Below, piece by piece: positions 1-13,349 of a DNA stretch of 64,000 bases; position 1 is the stretch's first letter; each line of letters opens with the position of its first letter. Under the pieces are notes generated by a model that saw nothing but the letters and a program-made list of their open reading frames with translations, did not search any database and was not told where the DNA came from. The position numbers and the translations under genes are program-made. The DNA is from Squalus acanthias (lineage: Eukaryota): NCBI GenBank assembly GCA_030390025.1, contig CM059431.1, forward strand, positions 137,332,001 through 137,396,000. Reading direction: 5' to 3'.

Positions 1-169
1 TGATAAACAACAGTAAAAATGATAATTCAACGATAATAAGGATAAGAGCAGATTTCAGTCACCACGTGATACTCCAGTGAAGGGAATACTAAAATAATTA
101 AAGTAGTTACAGCAGGCGAGACACATAAGAAAGGTGTTAATTTAAACGATGTAAGAAAGAAGGCATTAG

Positions 170-960
170 GTAAAAGAAGTGTGTTATATACTAATGTATG
201 GGGTGTAAGAAACAAATTGAATGAATTGGAGGCTCAAATATGTCAAATGGATCCGAGTTTGCTGATGATACAAAGTTGGGTGTGAAAGTAAGGTGTGAGG
301 GCAGATGCAAAGATGATGCAAAGCGATATAGACAGGTTAAGTGAGTGGGAAAGTACATGGCAGATTGAATATAACATGGAGAAGTGTGAAGTTATCCACT
401 TTGGTAAGAAAAATAGAAAAACAGAATATTTTTAACTGGTGAGAAAACTGGTCATCTTGGAATTCATAGGGAACTGGGTGTCCTTGAACACTACAAGTTA
501 GCCTGCAGGTGGAGCAAGCAATTAGGAAAGCAAATGGTATATTAGCTTTTATTACACCAAGGATTGGAGTATCAGAGTAAATAAGTCTTACTGCAATTAT
601 CTAAGTCCTTGCTGGGCTCTGCAGTCATTGAGAATGGGGATGTTCATGGAGCCATCTCCTCCGGTTAATTGTTTAATTGTCCACAACCATTCATGACAGG
701 GTGTGGTAGGACTGCAGAGCTTTGATCTGATCCATTTGTTGTGGGGTCGCTTAGCTCAGTCTTTATCATGCTGCACCGCTATTTAGCATGCACGTAGTCC
801 AGTGCTGTAGCTTCACCAGATTGGCACCACATTTTCAGGTATGTCCGGTGCTGCTCCTGGCCTGCTCTTCTACACTCTTCATTGAACCAGGGATGTTCCC
901 CTAGCTTGATGGTAATGGCAGAGTGATGGATATGCCGGGCCATTATTAGATCGCACAGGA
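170..960. mobile_element. Decayed LINE fragments: CR1 EN/RT on + (170-610) and a second LINE on - (630-960)
   Basis: VLYTNVWGVRNKLNEL, FADDTKL and KCEVIHFG on +. PWFNEECRRA on -. Confidence 0.75.
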
Positions 961-1580
961 AACCTGGTTCCAATGATTCGAGGTTGAACCGTACTGGGGA
1001 GAGTAATTTCACTTTATGCAGCACAGGCAAGGCTTAATACATTCCAGTATTCGCACAGCAGTTTACAGAGGACACATGAGAATTATATTACTCCGTTATC
1101 CTATGGATAGAAACGCAACTGTGATTAAGCTGCGCCCTGTGATTCTGGACTCACTTCTCTCTTTGTCTCCCGGGTGTCTCCGTGAATCTTCCTGAAATCG
1201 TCCACACTTTGTGTCTATTAAAATCCCCTTGTTATGCCCTAACTCTCACTCAAAACCTTTCATATGGAGTCCTACTGAAACAATCGCATGCTGACACCTA
1301 AAAGCCCCCAAATCCAATCACAGAGATGCCACATCCGCACCAACTTGGCTTACGCAGGTTCTAGACTTATGACACACTTACATCTTCTGCTTTTGACCAT
1401 CAAGACTCATATTTGGGGTAGTTATGGCAGAACAACGGAACATGTCTCCAGGGGGAAGAGATATGGCGTCCTTGCTGTTTCTGTGAAAGGTTTATGTTTT
1501 AGTTTCACTGCAGACATCATAACATTCCAACACAGCGGCAGCGACACCTGACCTTGCTTCCCCGGCTAGCTGCACTCTAC

Positions 1581-2327
1581 GGCCCGTATGGTCCGACTCC
1601 CACGGATGTGTACGAGCTGTGTACACACCCGTAGGGGCCTTTCAAATGCCTGTTTCAGGCATGCGAAGCAAATGCGCTGAAAACCGGCACTTTCGATCTG
1701 ATCCTCCGCCTGCCCTGGAGAAGATCCTCTGCGAGTGGAGAGTTCCGCTTTCTGCAGAACTCCACCCGCTGAAAACCTTTAAAAATCTCACGCCTGGAAA
1801 AAGCAGGTGTAAGGCCTTCTTTTACCAGCATAAGTGTTTAAAAAAGTAAAAAATATATCTTGTTTTACTCATTTATAATTTAAAAATACTTTTAAAAAGG
1901 TAAGTTTATTTTAGCCCCGTAAAAAACTTTCAATTATTGTTTTCCAAAAATTAAATTTTTGTTTAAAATATTTAATTTAATGTAATTTTAACTCATTTTA
2001 ATGACGTGATTTAAAAAACTTTATTTCATGTTTTAGTGTGTTTTTCAGTGATCCCCTTTCATACTTTTGACAGGTCTAAGCGGAGAAACCTGTCAAAAGT
2101 GTGAAGGGGAATTCCCTTCTTTATTGGGTCCCCATGGCCCACGTGATCTCAGGGACGCTTGCGAACTGCCTGCGCCCCTGGGATACCTGGGCCTCTGCGC
2201 GTACGCACCAGGAGAATCCCAGGAGCGGAAGTGTCGCGACCTACGGAGCCAGCAGGTAAGTTCGTCGATTTTTTTCCAGATCGGCAGAATCCGAATGCAG
2301 GAAGCCTCCGATCGGAAAATCCGGGCC
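1581..2327 (+). mobile_element. Non-autonomous TIR element (Harbinger-type MITE)
   Basis: TIRs GGCCCGTATGGTCCGA / TCGGAAAATCCGGGCC, AT-rich core, subterminal similarity to 14981-23007. Confidence 0.8.
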
Positions 2328-2829
2328 AAAGTCTCATTCTTACTGTGGCTGCCATCCAGCTTTCACCCACTGCATCCCTATTCGGCTATAGCATTCCTCT
2401 TTCTCCCTCAGGCTGTCTAGTTACAGCTAACTCACAGAGTTTTAATTATAAGCAAAGGATTACATGACATAAATAATTCAGGTTACAATTGCATACAATT
2501 GATGATAACAGATTTCTACATTTAATTCTTACACACGATTATAAATCCATTACTGATGATTCGGAGTGGTGGAGGGTATACAGTGGATAAGTACTTGAAG
2601 GAAAAAATAGGCAGGGCTGCGGGGAAAGGGCGGGCGAGTGGGTCCAAATGAAGTGCGCTTGCAGAGAGCCAGCACGGGCTCTACGGGCCGAATGGCCTCT
2701 TTCTGTGCTGTAAACATTCTATGATTCTATGATTAAAAGATATTTATTATTATAAGATATGAAATCAAGTGTCCTAAAAACCAGCGATTCTACCAGAATC
2801 TTGCACCATGACTTTACAGATCGTGGTGG

Positions 2830-3800
2830 TATACAATTTTGTTGCTGTTGATGGCCCACAGCGCCTCGTAGATGCTAAGATTTGAGCTGTTCCGAATCTA
2901 TCCCATGTAGCACCGTGGTAGTGCCACACAATACATTGGAGGGAGTTGTCAGTGTAAAGATGGGACTTCGTCACGACAAGGACTGTGCGGTGGTCACCCC
3001 TACCAATACTGTCATGGACAGATGCATCTGCGACATGTAAATTAGTCTCAAGTAGTTTTTGACTCGTGTTGATTCTCTCACCACCTGCCCCAAACCCAGT
3101 CTCGCAGCTATGTCCTTCTGGAAACGGCCAGCTTGGTCAGTAGTGGTGCTGCTGAGACAGTTTTGGTTATGGATATTGAAGTCAACCTCCCACAGTGCAT
3201 TCTATGAGCCTCCTACTCTCAGTGCTTTTCCAAATGTTGTTCAACATGAAAGATTACTGATTCATCACTGACAGAGGCCGGTAGGTTTCAATCAGCATGA
3301 GGTTTCCTTGCCCATGTATGACCTGATGACATGAGACTTCATGAGGTCCGAAGTCAATGTAGAATACTCCCAGTGCCGCACCTTCACGACTGTATACCAC
3401 TGTGTTGGCACCTCTTGGAGGTTTGTCCTGCTGGTTGGACAGCACATACCCACTGATAGTGATGGAGGAGCCTTGGACGTTTGCTGCTGGACTAGGCTTG
3501 TGGCAGGAGGTGAGAGAACCAACACGAGGATGAAACCTACTTGACCTCGTCCTCACCATCTACCTGTTGCAGATGCATCTGACTATGACAGCATTGGTAG
3601 CAGTGACCACCGCATAATCCCTGTGGAGATGGAATCCCGTCTTCCCACTGAGGACACCCACCATCGTGTTGCGTGGCACTACCACCGTGCTAAATGGGAT
3701 AGATTCAGAAAAGATCTAGCACCTCAAAGATGGGCTCCGTGAGGCGTGTGGGCCATCAGCAGCAGCAGAATAGTATTCTGCCAGAATCTGTAAACTCATG
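2830..3800. mobile_element. Two LINE endonuclease-region fragments in opposite orientations (2830-3480 minus, 3520-3800 plus)
   Basis: VWHYH-A-WDRF motif on both strands, SDH motif, TYRP motif. Confidence 0.7.
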
Positions 3801-3814
3801 GCGCGGCAAGAATG

Positions 3815-4430
3815 CCGTTGACAGATCGGACGCCTGCCCTGGAGAAGGGCCTCTGCGGGGGAGGGGGGGGGGGGGGAGAGTTCCGCTTTCTGAAGAGCCT
3901 CCGCCCGCAGAAAACCCTGAGACATCTTACGCCTGGTAAAAGTAGGTGTGAGGCCTGCTTTTACCATCATAAGATTTGAAAAAAGTAAAAAAAAAAAATT
4001 CCACTCATTTATCATTTAAAAATACTTTAAAAAAAGGTAAGTTTATTTTTAGCCCCGTAAAAAACTTTAATAATTTTTTGCAAGAAATTTAATTTATTGT
4101 AAGTTCAACTAGTGCTAAAAATGTGATTTTTTTTAAAATTTAATTGTTTACACTGTTTTTTGGGCGATCTCCATTCTAAAATTGAAAGATCCATCTGTCA
4201 CGTTTATGAAGTGAGATTTCCTTCGTTGATTGGCTCCCCATGACTCACGTGATCCCAGGGACGCTTGCGAACCGCATGCGCTCCTGGGATACGTGGGCCC
4301 TGCGCATTTCGAGCTGGAAAGGCCCAGGGGCGTAAGTGTCCGGACCTTGGCAGCCCTCAGGTAAGTTCGTAGATTCTTTCCAGATCGGAGGCCTCCGCAC
4401 GCGGGAAGCCTCCGATCGGAAAGTACGGCC
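3815..4430 (+). mobile_element. Second, left-truncated copy of the same MITE
   Basis: Colinear with ~1700-2327 (cgcctgccctggagaag, aaaggtaagtttatt, cacgtgat, gaagcctccgatcggaaa). Confidence 0.8.
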
Positions 4431-4444
4431 AATTTTGTTTAGTT

Positions 4445-5300
4445 CCTTTCGCAGTTCCGAGGATAATGAAGCCTACATGCAGCGAGACAAGGACAACTTG
4501 CAGGTTTGGGCTGATAAATGGCAAGTAACATTCCTGACAGACATGTGCCAGGCAATGACATTCTCCAAAAAGAGTGAGTCTAAACACATCCCGATGACAT
4601 TCAACGGCAATATCATCGTCGAATCTCCCAACATCAACATCACAGCGGCCACCATTGACCAGAGATGTAACTGGACGAGCCACATAAAGAATGTGGCTGC
4701 AAGAGCAGGTCAGAGGCTGGGTAGTCGACGGCGAATGACTGACCTCCTGACTCCCCAAGGCCTTGCTATCATCTAATAGCCACTAGTCTGGAGACTGGCG
4801 GATCAATCTCCAATTGCCTGGATGAGTGCCGCAAGAACAGCACTCAAAAAACTCGAGACCATCCAGGACAAACAGCCACTTGATTGGCACCCATCCAACA
4901 CCTTAAAAGTTCACTCCGTCCAGCACTGGCGCCCCATGGCAGCAGTATATATCATCTGCAATATGCACTGCAGCAACTCGCCAAGGCTTCTTCGGCAGCA
5001 CCTCCCAAACCCACGACCTCTACCACCTAGAAGGACAAGGGCAACAGGTGCATGTTAACACCATCACCTGCAAATGCCTCACCAAGTAACAAACCATCCT
5101 GACTTATAACTATATCGCCGTTCCTTCATAGTCGCTGGGTAAAACACCTGGAACTCCCTTCCTAACAGCACGGTGGGCGCAGCTTCATTAGACTACAGCG
5201 GTTCAAGCAGGCGGCTCACCACCACATTTTCCAGGGGAATTAGGGATGGGCAATAAATGGTGGCCTTGAAAGAGACGCCCACATCCCATGAACGAATAAA
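4445..5300 (+). mobile_element. CR1/L2-group LINE, RT C-terminus and 3' UTR
   Basis: QVWADKWQVTF...CQAMT...IDQRCNWTSHI...AGQRLG. 3' end gacgcccacatcccatgaacgaataaa. Confidence 0.8.
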
Positions 5301-6024
5301 TGTTAGAATAGGGTCACAACCATTAAAGTTAGAGGAGTGTCACCTCCAGTAACGCTAGTGTAGGGTCACCACCAGTAATGTCAGATTAAGTTCTCCATAA
5401 TTAAAGTTACTGCAGAATTACCACCAGTAATGTTAGAGTAGGGTCACCACCAGTAATGTTAACGCAGAGTCACCACCAGTAATGTTAGAGTAGGGTCACC
5501 ACCAGGAATGTTAACGCACAGTCACCACCAGAAATGTTAGAGTAGTGTCACCACGAGTAATGTTAGATTAGAGTCACTACCAGTAATGTTAGAGTTCGAT
5601 CACGACCAGTAATGTTAGAGTGGGCTGACCACCATTAAGTTTAGAGTCTGGTCAAAACCAGTAACGTTAAATTAGGGTCACTATCAGTAATGTTGGAGTA
5701 CGGTCACCACGAGTAATGTTAGAGTAATGTCACCATCAGTAATGTTAAACTAGAGGCACCTCCAATAATGTTAGAGTTGGATCACGACCAGTATATTAAC
5801 AGACAGTCACCACAAGTAATGTTAGAGCAGCGTCTCCATCACTAATGTTAGAGTAGGTTTAGCACCACTAATGTTTGAGTAGATTCAACACTAGTAATTT
5901 TAGTTTAGAGTCATCACCAGTAATGTTAGAATAGGGTCACCATCAGTAATTTAAGATTCGAGTCACCACCAACAACGTTAAATTCGGGTCACCACCGATT
6001 ATGTTAGAGCAGAATCAAGTAATT

Positions 6025-6285
6025 CGCACAGAAGAAATCGGAGCAGGAAAAGGCCATTCGCACTTTCCATCCTGCTCCGCGATTCTATAAGGTCATGGCT
6101 GAACTTCTACATCAACTCCACAATTCAGCCCGAAATCCTTATCCGTTGATTTCCTTTCTATCCAAAATCTATCGATTTCTCTCTTGAATGTATTCAACGA
6201 CTGACCATCCGCAGCTCTCTGTGGTGGAGAATTCAAAAGATTCACAAAGTTTTCTGTGAAGAAATTTCTCTTCATCTCAGTCAAA
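6025..6285 (-). mobile_element. CR1 3' fragment inserted in the 26-bp array
   Basis: TEMKRNFFT...FKREIDRF plus tail. Confidence 0.85.
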
Positions 6286-6496
6286 AAGGTTAGAGTCAGC
6301 TCACCACCGGTAATGTGAGATTAGGGTTACCACCAGTAATGTTAGATTAGAGTCATCACCAGTAATTTTAGAGTAGGGTCACCAAAAGTAATGTTAGAAT
6401 AGGCTCAACACAAGTAAGGTTAGAGATAAGTCATCAGCAGTAATGTTGTACAGGAGTTCTCACCAGTAATATTAGAGCAGGGACACCAGCAGTAAT

Positions 6497-6875
6497 ATGA
6501 AAGCAAAATATGTGGATCTTGGAAATCTGAAATAAAAAGAAGAAATGCTGGAAACACTGATCAGGTCAGGCAGCATCTGTAGAAAGAAAAACAGAGTTAA
6601 CGTTTCAAGTCGATGACCCTTCGTCAGAACTGGAAAAAGTTGGAAATAAAAAAGGTTTTTAAGCAAGTGTAGGTGCAGGGAGAGTGGGGAGGAGAGGAAA
6701 GAACAAAAGTGAAGGTCTGTGATCGGAAGGAAAGCAGAAGGGATTAAGAGACAAAAGGGATGATGGAGCAAGGCAAAAGGAGATGGTAATGGGACAAGTT
6801 AAGAAACAAAAGATGAGTCTAGATGAAGGGTAAATGGCACTGGCAGAATCATTAACAGCTGCCATGTGAAACTCC
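6497..6875 (-). mobile_element. Probable Penelope-like element terminal fragment inserted in the 26-bp array
   Basis: gctggaaacactgatcaggtcaggcagcatctg...gttaacgtttcaagtcgatgacccttcgtcag resembles the tgacgaagg...gaaacgtt terminus typical of such elements. Recognised from memory. Confidence 0.55.
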
Positions 6876-8940
6876 AACAGTAATGTTAGATTACGTTCAT
6901 CACCAGTAATGATAGAGTAGTTTCACACTAGTAATGTTATAGTAGGGTCACCACCAGACAGGAGTCCTCAACATTAAAGCAGGGACACCACCAGTAATGT
7001 TAGATTAGGATCATCAGCAGTAATTATAGAGTAGAGTCAGAACTAGTGATGTTAGAGTAGGGTCACCTCCAGTAATGTTAGAGTAGCGTACTACCAGTAA
7101 CGTTGGACTAGGGTCAGCACCAGTAATGTTAGAGTAGGGTCACCGCCATTAATGTTAGAGTTGAGTCACCTCCATTAATGTTAGATTATGGTCACCACAA
7201 GCAATGTTACAGTAGGGTCATCAACATTTATGTTAGAGAAGATTCTCTACCAGTTATGTTAGGTTAGGGTCACCACCAGTAATGTTAGTGTAGGGTCACC
7301 ACAAGATATGTTAGAGTAGGCACAACACCAGTTAAGCTGGAGTAGGCTCATCACCAGTAATATTAGAGTCGGATCACCAAAAGTAATGTTAGAGTAGGGT
7401 CTTCACCAGTAATGTTAGTGTAGAGTCACCAACAGTAATGATAGAGTAGGGTCAGCACCAGTAATGTTAGAGTAGGGTCACCATCATTAATGTTACAGTA
7501 GGGTCATTACCAGTTATGATAGCAGTAGGGTCACCATCAGTAACGTTAGAGTAGGGCCAGCACCTCTCACGTTAGAGATGAGTCATCACCGGTCATGTTA
7601 GGGTAGGCTTACCACCAGTAATATTAGTGTAGGGTCAACATCAGTAGTTTTGGTGTTGAGTCACCACCAGTAATGATAAAGAGGAGTCATCACCAGTATT
7701 GTTAGTGTAGGGTCACCCGCAGTAATGTTAGAGTCGGCTCACCGCCAGTAATGTTAGAGTAGAGTCACCACCAGAAATATTAGTGTAGGGTCACCGGCAG
7801 TTATGTTGGAGTCGGGTCACCAGCAGTAATGTTAGAGTCGGGTCACCACCAGTAACGTTACAAAAGGGTCAACACGAGTATTGTTATTGTAGGGTCATTA
7901 CGAGTAATGTTAGAGTAGAGTAACCACAAATAATGTTAGGGTAGGATCATTACCGTTAATGCTAGAGTTGTATCATCATCAGTAATCCTAGCGTACCGTC
8001 ACCACCAATAATATTAGAGTAGAGTCACCACCAGTGATATTAGAGTTGTGCCACTACCAGTAATGTTAGAGTAGGGTCACCACCAGTAATATTAGAATAG
8101 GGTCACCACTAGTAATGTTACAGTAGAGTCACCACCAGTAATATTAGAATATGGTCACCACCAGTAATGTTAGAGTAGAGTCACCACCAGTAATGTTAGA
8201 GTTGTGTCATCACCAGTAATATTAGAGTAGAGTCACCACCAGTAATGTTAGAGTAGATTCACCACCAGTAATATTAGAATATGGTCACCACCAGTGATGT
8301 TAGAGTAGAGTCACCAGCAGTAATATTAGAGTTGTGTCATCAACAGTAATATTAGAGTCGAGTCACCATCAGTAATGTTACAGTAGAGTCACCACCAGTA
8401 ATGTTAGAGTAGAGTCACCACCAGTAATATTAGAGTAGATTGAACAGCAGTAATGGTAGAGTAAGTTTCTCCACCAGTAATATTAGAATAGGGTCACCAC
8501 GAGTAATGTTAGAGTAGAGTCACCACCAGAAATATTAGAGTAGTGTCTCCACCAGTAATGTTAGAGTTGGGTCATCAGCATTCATTCTAGAGTACCGTCA
8601 GCACCAGTAATGTTAGCGTAGAGCCACCACCAGTAATTTTAGAGCCGATTCATCAGCAGCCATTATAACAGTACAAAACAAATTTTAATTATGTGATGGA
8701 TGAGTGAAGATTTCACCAAGTTAATATGAGGCTCCAAGATGCTAACGCAGAGTCCGGGAGGGATGTTCCCTTCAGGGATCACGGGGCATGCGCAGAGCAC
8801 ATTCCCTCTGGGATTACTTTCCGTTCATTGATTTTAATGGACGGAGTTTCATGGACTGAGCTGTTCAATTTCCCCAGTGGCGGCCGGGGCGCACTGAAGG
8901 TGAAAATCGCCCCTTGTTTGTTAAGTGACTGTAACTAACG

Positions 8941-8995
8941 CCAATTATTGTATAACCTGATTGACTCACCGGGCACGGATTGTTTTATAAATTGG
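8941..8995 (+). promoter_or_regulatory. Putative core promoter of the GPCR (CCAAT, AP-1 site TGACTCA, TATA box TATAAAT)
   Basis: CCAAT at 8941, TGACTCA at 8962-8968 and TATAAAT at ~8986, about 80 nt upstream of the ATG. Motif match only. Confidence 0.45.
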
Positions 8996-9070
8996 GAGCA
9001 CTTACGCATTTCAGATACACTGCAGTCGGAATCGTAAAGCTGGGCAGAATCCACACAAATCTTCAAAAAA

Positions 9071-10791
9071 ATGGCACGGCCAGCAATGCAACAGATAAGG
9101 GACATTTTCTATCATATTCTCGCAGCCTTCGGTGTTCTCGGTAAGTCAATGTCTCTTGTTGCCTAATAGCTGTTGACTATCTCACATTTAATGATTATGT
9201 AACAGATTCCGGTAATACTCTCATTGCAGAGTTATTTATCCGCCGGGATAATCGGTGAATATAATGCGGGAATTCGAGCCGTCCGCGCAGCCGCTGAGGC
9301 GCTGTTCTCCTCGGTAGGTCGTTTGCACCGGGAGCTCAGTATTCCTCCCTATACTGAGGGAGGTCGGGGCTGATTCCCCGGCACCTCCAAACGTTCATAG
9401 CCCACCACACAATGTGTTGCTCAGTGTCCATAATATTCACCTCATTTGTGCCGTTGTTCCCTGTCTACATTAAGTTGATAATTCCTCGGACTGCAGACAC
9501 CTCCACCCAACAGGGGACTTTGAAAGATAAGTTGAGAAATAATTGCCGCTCAGGAATGTGTTCCCATCCTCCCGGCAGCGGTTGGACATAAATTCAACGT
9601 TGTTGTCTGAGCTGAATATTTTATTTGAATTATATCTCTCCATTAATTGCTCTGGAATTATATTTAATACTTGACTGAAGTTTGCTGGAAGGACTGCGGA
9701 TTTTCAGTTCCTCTATATTGAATGTTCAATGATTTCATTACTTTAAATAAAATGTCGAGAACTCTTGCCTATATTAATGATAATAATCCGTGAGCATAAC
9801 GCTAAATAGGGACAGATCTGAACCTTTCCCCACAATAAGCTGTGAGATTTATCCGAGTGCCCCCGTTACTGACCTCGTCTCCCTCTTTCTCACAGCGAAC
9901 CTACTGACAATCGTGATTCTCTCCAGAGGAAACTGCGGCCTTTCCAATTGTATCTCTGTCTACATGGTGGCCATGGCAACAGCAGATCTACTGGTCATGA
10001 TCGTTAATATATTAGTGAATCGCATTTTACGTTATCACTTTCCACATTCCTTCCTGTCCTACACTGTCGTTTGTAAGATCATTCTGTATGTGCAATGTGT
10101 CACCGTGTATTTGTCGGTATGGTTCACAGTCTCGTTCACATTTGACCGATTTGTAGCTATATGTTGTGAGAAGTTAAAAACCAAGTATTGCACAGTGAGA
10201 ACTGCGGCCGCGGTTATAACAACGATTAGTGTCCTAATCTGTTTACAGAGTCTCCTGTTCTGGTTTGCATATGAACCTGAGAGAATAATTAACAATGTTC
10301 ACTGGGGTTGCCGCACTAGAGTGGAGTTTTTTTCATCGCCTGCAGGTGTGGCGTTTTCCTGGTTACAAAGCATTTGTTTTGCTTGGTTTGCTTTTGCTTT
10401 GATATTGCTGTTTAATTGTTTGACAGTCAGACGTATTTTAGTGGCCAGTAGAGCCCGCAGGGGACTTCGATGTCACAGCACTGAGAATCAGAGCGATCCA
10501 GAGATGGAGAACCGAAAGAAATCCATCATTTTACTGTTCAGTGTATCGGGCAGTTTTATACTGTTGTGGCTGACAACTGTTGTTAATTTTGTAACGAGCA
10601 GAATGACAAGCACCGTGCATTACAGAGGTGATTATGCAGCCCCTGCCTATATTGCCACAGAAACCGGATATATGCTCATGTATTTGAGTTCCTGTACAAA
10701 CACATGCATTTATGCAACTACTCAAACTAAATTCAGGGAAGAGCTCAAGCAGGTGATAAAATTCCTTGGACATTTCTTGGGAAAAGAATGA
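9071..10791 (+). CDS. Two-exon class A orphan GPCR, GPR139/GPR142-like (~321 aa); exons 9071-9140 and 9896-10791
   Basis: Exon 1 reads MARPAMQQIRDIFYHILAAFGVL and ends G|GTAAGT (phase 1). Acceptor ctccctctttctcacag|CG joins in frame to ANLLTIVILSRG. Seven hydrophobic segments, with MATADLL (TM2), FTFDRFVAIC (DRY-like) and SSCTNTCIY (NPxxY-like). The first 36 aa of ORF 9790..10791 are intronic. Confidence 0.9.
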
Positions 10792-13349
10792 AAAGTCAAA
10801 CCAAAGCTTCCAGTCCTAACTAGAGCTCAAATACAAACTGTGTTGTATTTTAGAATGTCTGCCTTTCTGTTGTGAATATTAATGATAATCCGTGTGCATA
10901 ACGCTAAATAAGGACAGTTGTGGTATCAGAAAACGTTTCTCCAACTTTGTAATCCTGTGTTTGATGTCTGATGCTTTCCCCGGGTGAACATAATCGTTCC
11001 CCGCTGAATCAGCGCCCTTCCCGCTCAAGATTCAAAGAGAACAGTCATGATTGAGCTTCCGCAGTGGAGTAGAACATGTGGCATCAGCGTTAACTACCTC
11101 ACGCTGCAGTTTAATTAACAGATAAAGTTATCTTTAGTGTAGAAATAATGTGTAACAATGGTGGTTATCTTTAATTCTGTAATCTTGGTGTGAATGTTGC
11201 AGGCGCTGGTCTCCCCATCAGACTCCACCCCCCATTGACTGCTGGAACAATAGAACGGGGCCCTGTCTCCTGACCAGTGTCTAATGATGGAGACTGCAGG
11301 ATCTTGACTCGTCAATGTGACATTAGACATCTTTGTTCACAGATATTTACTGAAAATATCAACTGGTCATCACAATGTTGGAATGTTATAACAGGGGACA
11401 GTCCATTCGACCCAATCAGTTCTTGTCGACTTTTACCCTCCACCCGCGGCAATTGTTCCATACACTTCACCCAGCCGGTCTCAACATCACTTCAACCTAT
11501 TTTTATTTAGCCGTCTATACAATTTAATCTTCAATATTGATATTATTTCTGCCTCCGTTATTTCCATCGTCTCACAACACTCCATGTAAAGGGGTTTTCA
11601 TACCTTTAGTTCTAAATCTCTTACATGTATCATTTTATCTCTGGCCGTTTGTTTTTGATCCTTCAACTAACGGAAGATTCTGCTTCTATCTATCCTGTGC
11701 CATCCTTTCTTAAAGTAAACCACCTGGGTACGACTCGCCTAAAGATATGAGTCTGGTATCAAAGCACAGTCTAGTGAAAGTCTGGAAAGTGTACCTAAGA
11801 TGGTTAATTGCAAGCTTTCTCTTGGTGATGTCTGAATCCTTGATTTGGCTGAAGAAATAAAATAATATATTTGATAGCCAGGCAAATACCCCAAACATTG
11901 TGACGTGTCGTACATGAGCAACCAGCATGCTCTATGCGTGATGAACATACTCTGAGGAACGGATCCAAAACATGGTCAGTCACGCAGACAACACCATTAC
12001 ATGAAATGGTTGTTGTGGCTCTGGATAGTGAGAACTTATGTAAAATTAATGGAAGGAGATCTGCGCAATAGAATAGGCCGAGATAGATTTATGATGCTAA
12101 GGAGATATTGTTTAGTGTTCACCTTAAATCCTCTAACGCCAACAAAGGGGGCGCTGTAAGGAAAGGATTAATCAGGTTATCATAACGAATGCTAATGTTA
12201 TATGGTATGGGTTTCTCTTTATATTGTAGCAATGTTAACCTTTAGCCTTGTCCTGTTAAGCAGGGTAGCACTGGTCTGTTTAAAGTACCGCTGGGCTATT
12301 GGGCCAGGGCAGACCCTGCAGCAATGGTCAGTTTCAGGATGAAGTAATAAGCGATTTAATTAAACACATATCATTGCAAACAGATTCACCAATTTTAGGG
12401 AACTTTAATCATTTGGTAACAATTTGGGAAGAGAGTTGGTTCTGCAAAGGAAAACACCTGGACATACATCATCATTTTCAATTTGTAGGATACAGAAACA
12501 GACAGTCTTACTGTTAAAGGTTTCACTTGGTACAATTGCAATTATATGGGTCAAGAGTGAAACTATCGATCAGATAAATGAATTAAATTATCTTTATGTG
12601 GAGTTTTATTTTAACTTTGATATCATTGTGTAAAGCAGAATTGTGAGGATTGTCAAGTAGAGGGAGTGAGAAAAATGAATAAAAACGAATAGTTTTAATG
12701 AGTATTCGGTTTGGTAAAGGCCTAAGATACTGAGCTCAGGACTGTGACATGTTTGGGTCTCCACACCAACCATCATCAGGTGTGGTTCTCATTCCTACCT
12801 TTTAATTGTGTGTGTAAGGACTATTGTATGTATTATGTGCTTAATAAACCTATGGCACCTCACGCCAATGTTCAAGAACATTATTGAAAAGCTTATGCTG
12901 AAAATAGCCTTTGTACTTCAATTGTGAATGGGCTTCATTTATTAACTGCGATTAAGTGCCCGATTTACCCGTCACGCTTTAGCGTTCCACTTGGCCCAGA
13001 TGTTCTCCAAAACCAAAATCCTCTTGGTTGCAGGGCCCCGTGGAGACCGGGCTCTGCCAGTCCGGCTGGCATCCAGCTTCTGGGGGAAGTGGTGATTAGT
13101 TGCGTGCGGTTTTGTGTAAGAGCCACATTCTCATTTACCTGATGCGGACAACCAGCAGTGTTTAGGGCCCGAGTCAGGCAGCCGGCAGAGGTTTTAGTTC
13201 CATCTGTCAGCGATGTTCTGCACCCAGCTACAATCCTGAGAAGGCGACCTGCAATCAAGCACATCATCCAAACTCCACAGGTAAAATAGAAAGCAAAGGC
13301 ATGAATAATTAACCATTACAGTACCGTGTCACATTCAATCTGGTGTGGT

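Larger units (their letters stand above)
5301..8645. repeat. 26-bp minisatellite, interrupted twice by insertions
   Basis: Monomer GTCACCACCAGTAATGTTAGAGTAGG. Most homogeneous at ~8060-8520. Confidence 0.95.

Noticed and set aside
9790..9895. ORF-track N-terminus of the GPCR
   Set aside because: GTG start inside an intron. A true ATG exon at 9071-9140 supplies the start of TM1.
12960..13270. Two exon-like segments on the minus strand (ttgcag|...cag|gtaaat)
   Set aside because: No recognisable protein in any frame and no linked exons, so it cannot be supported.
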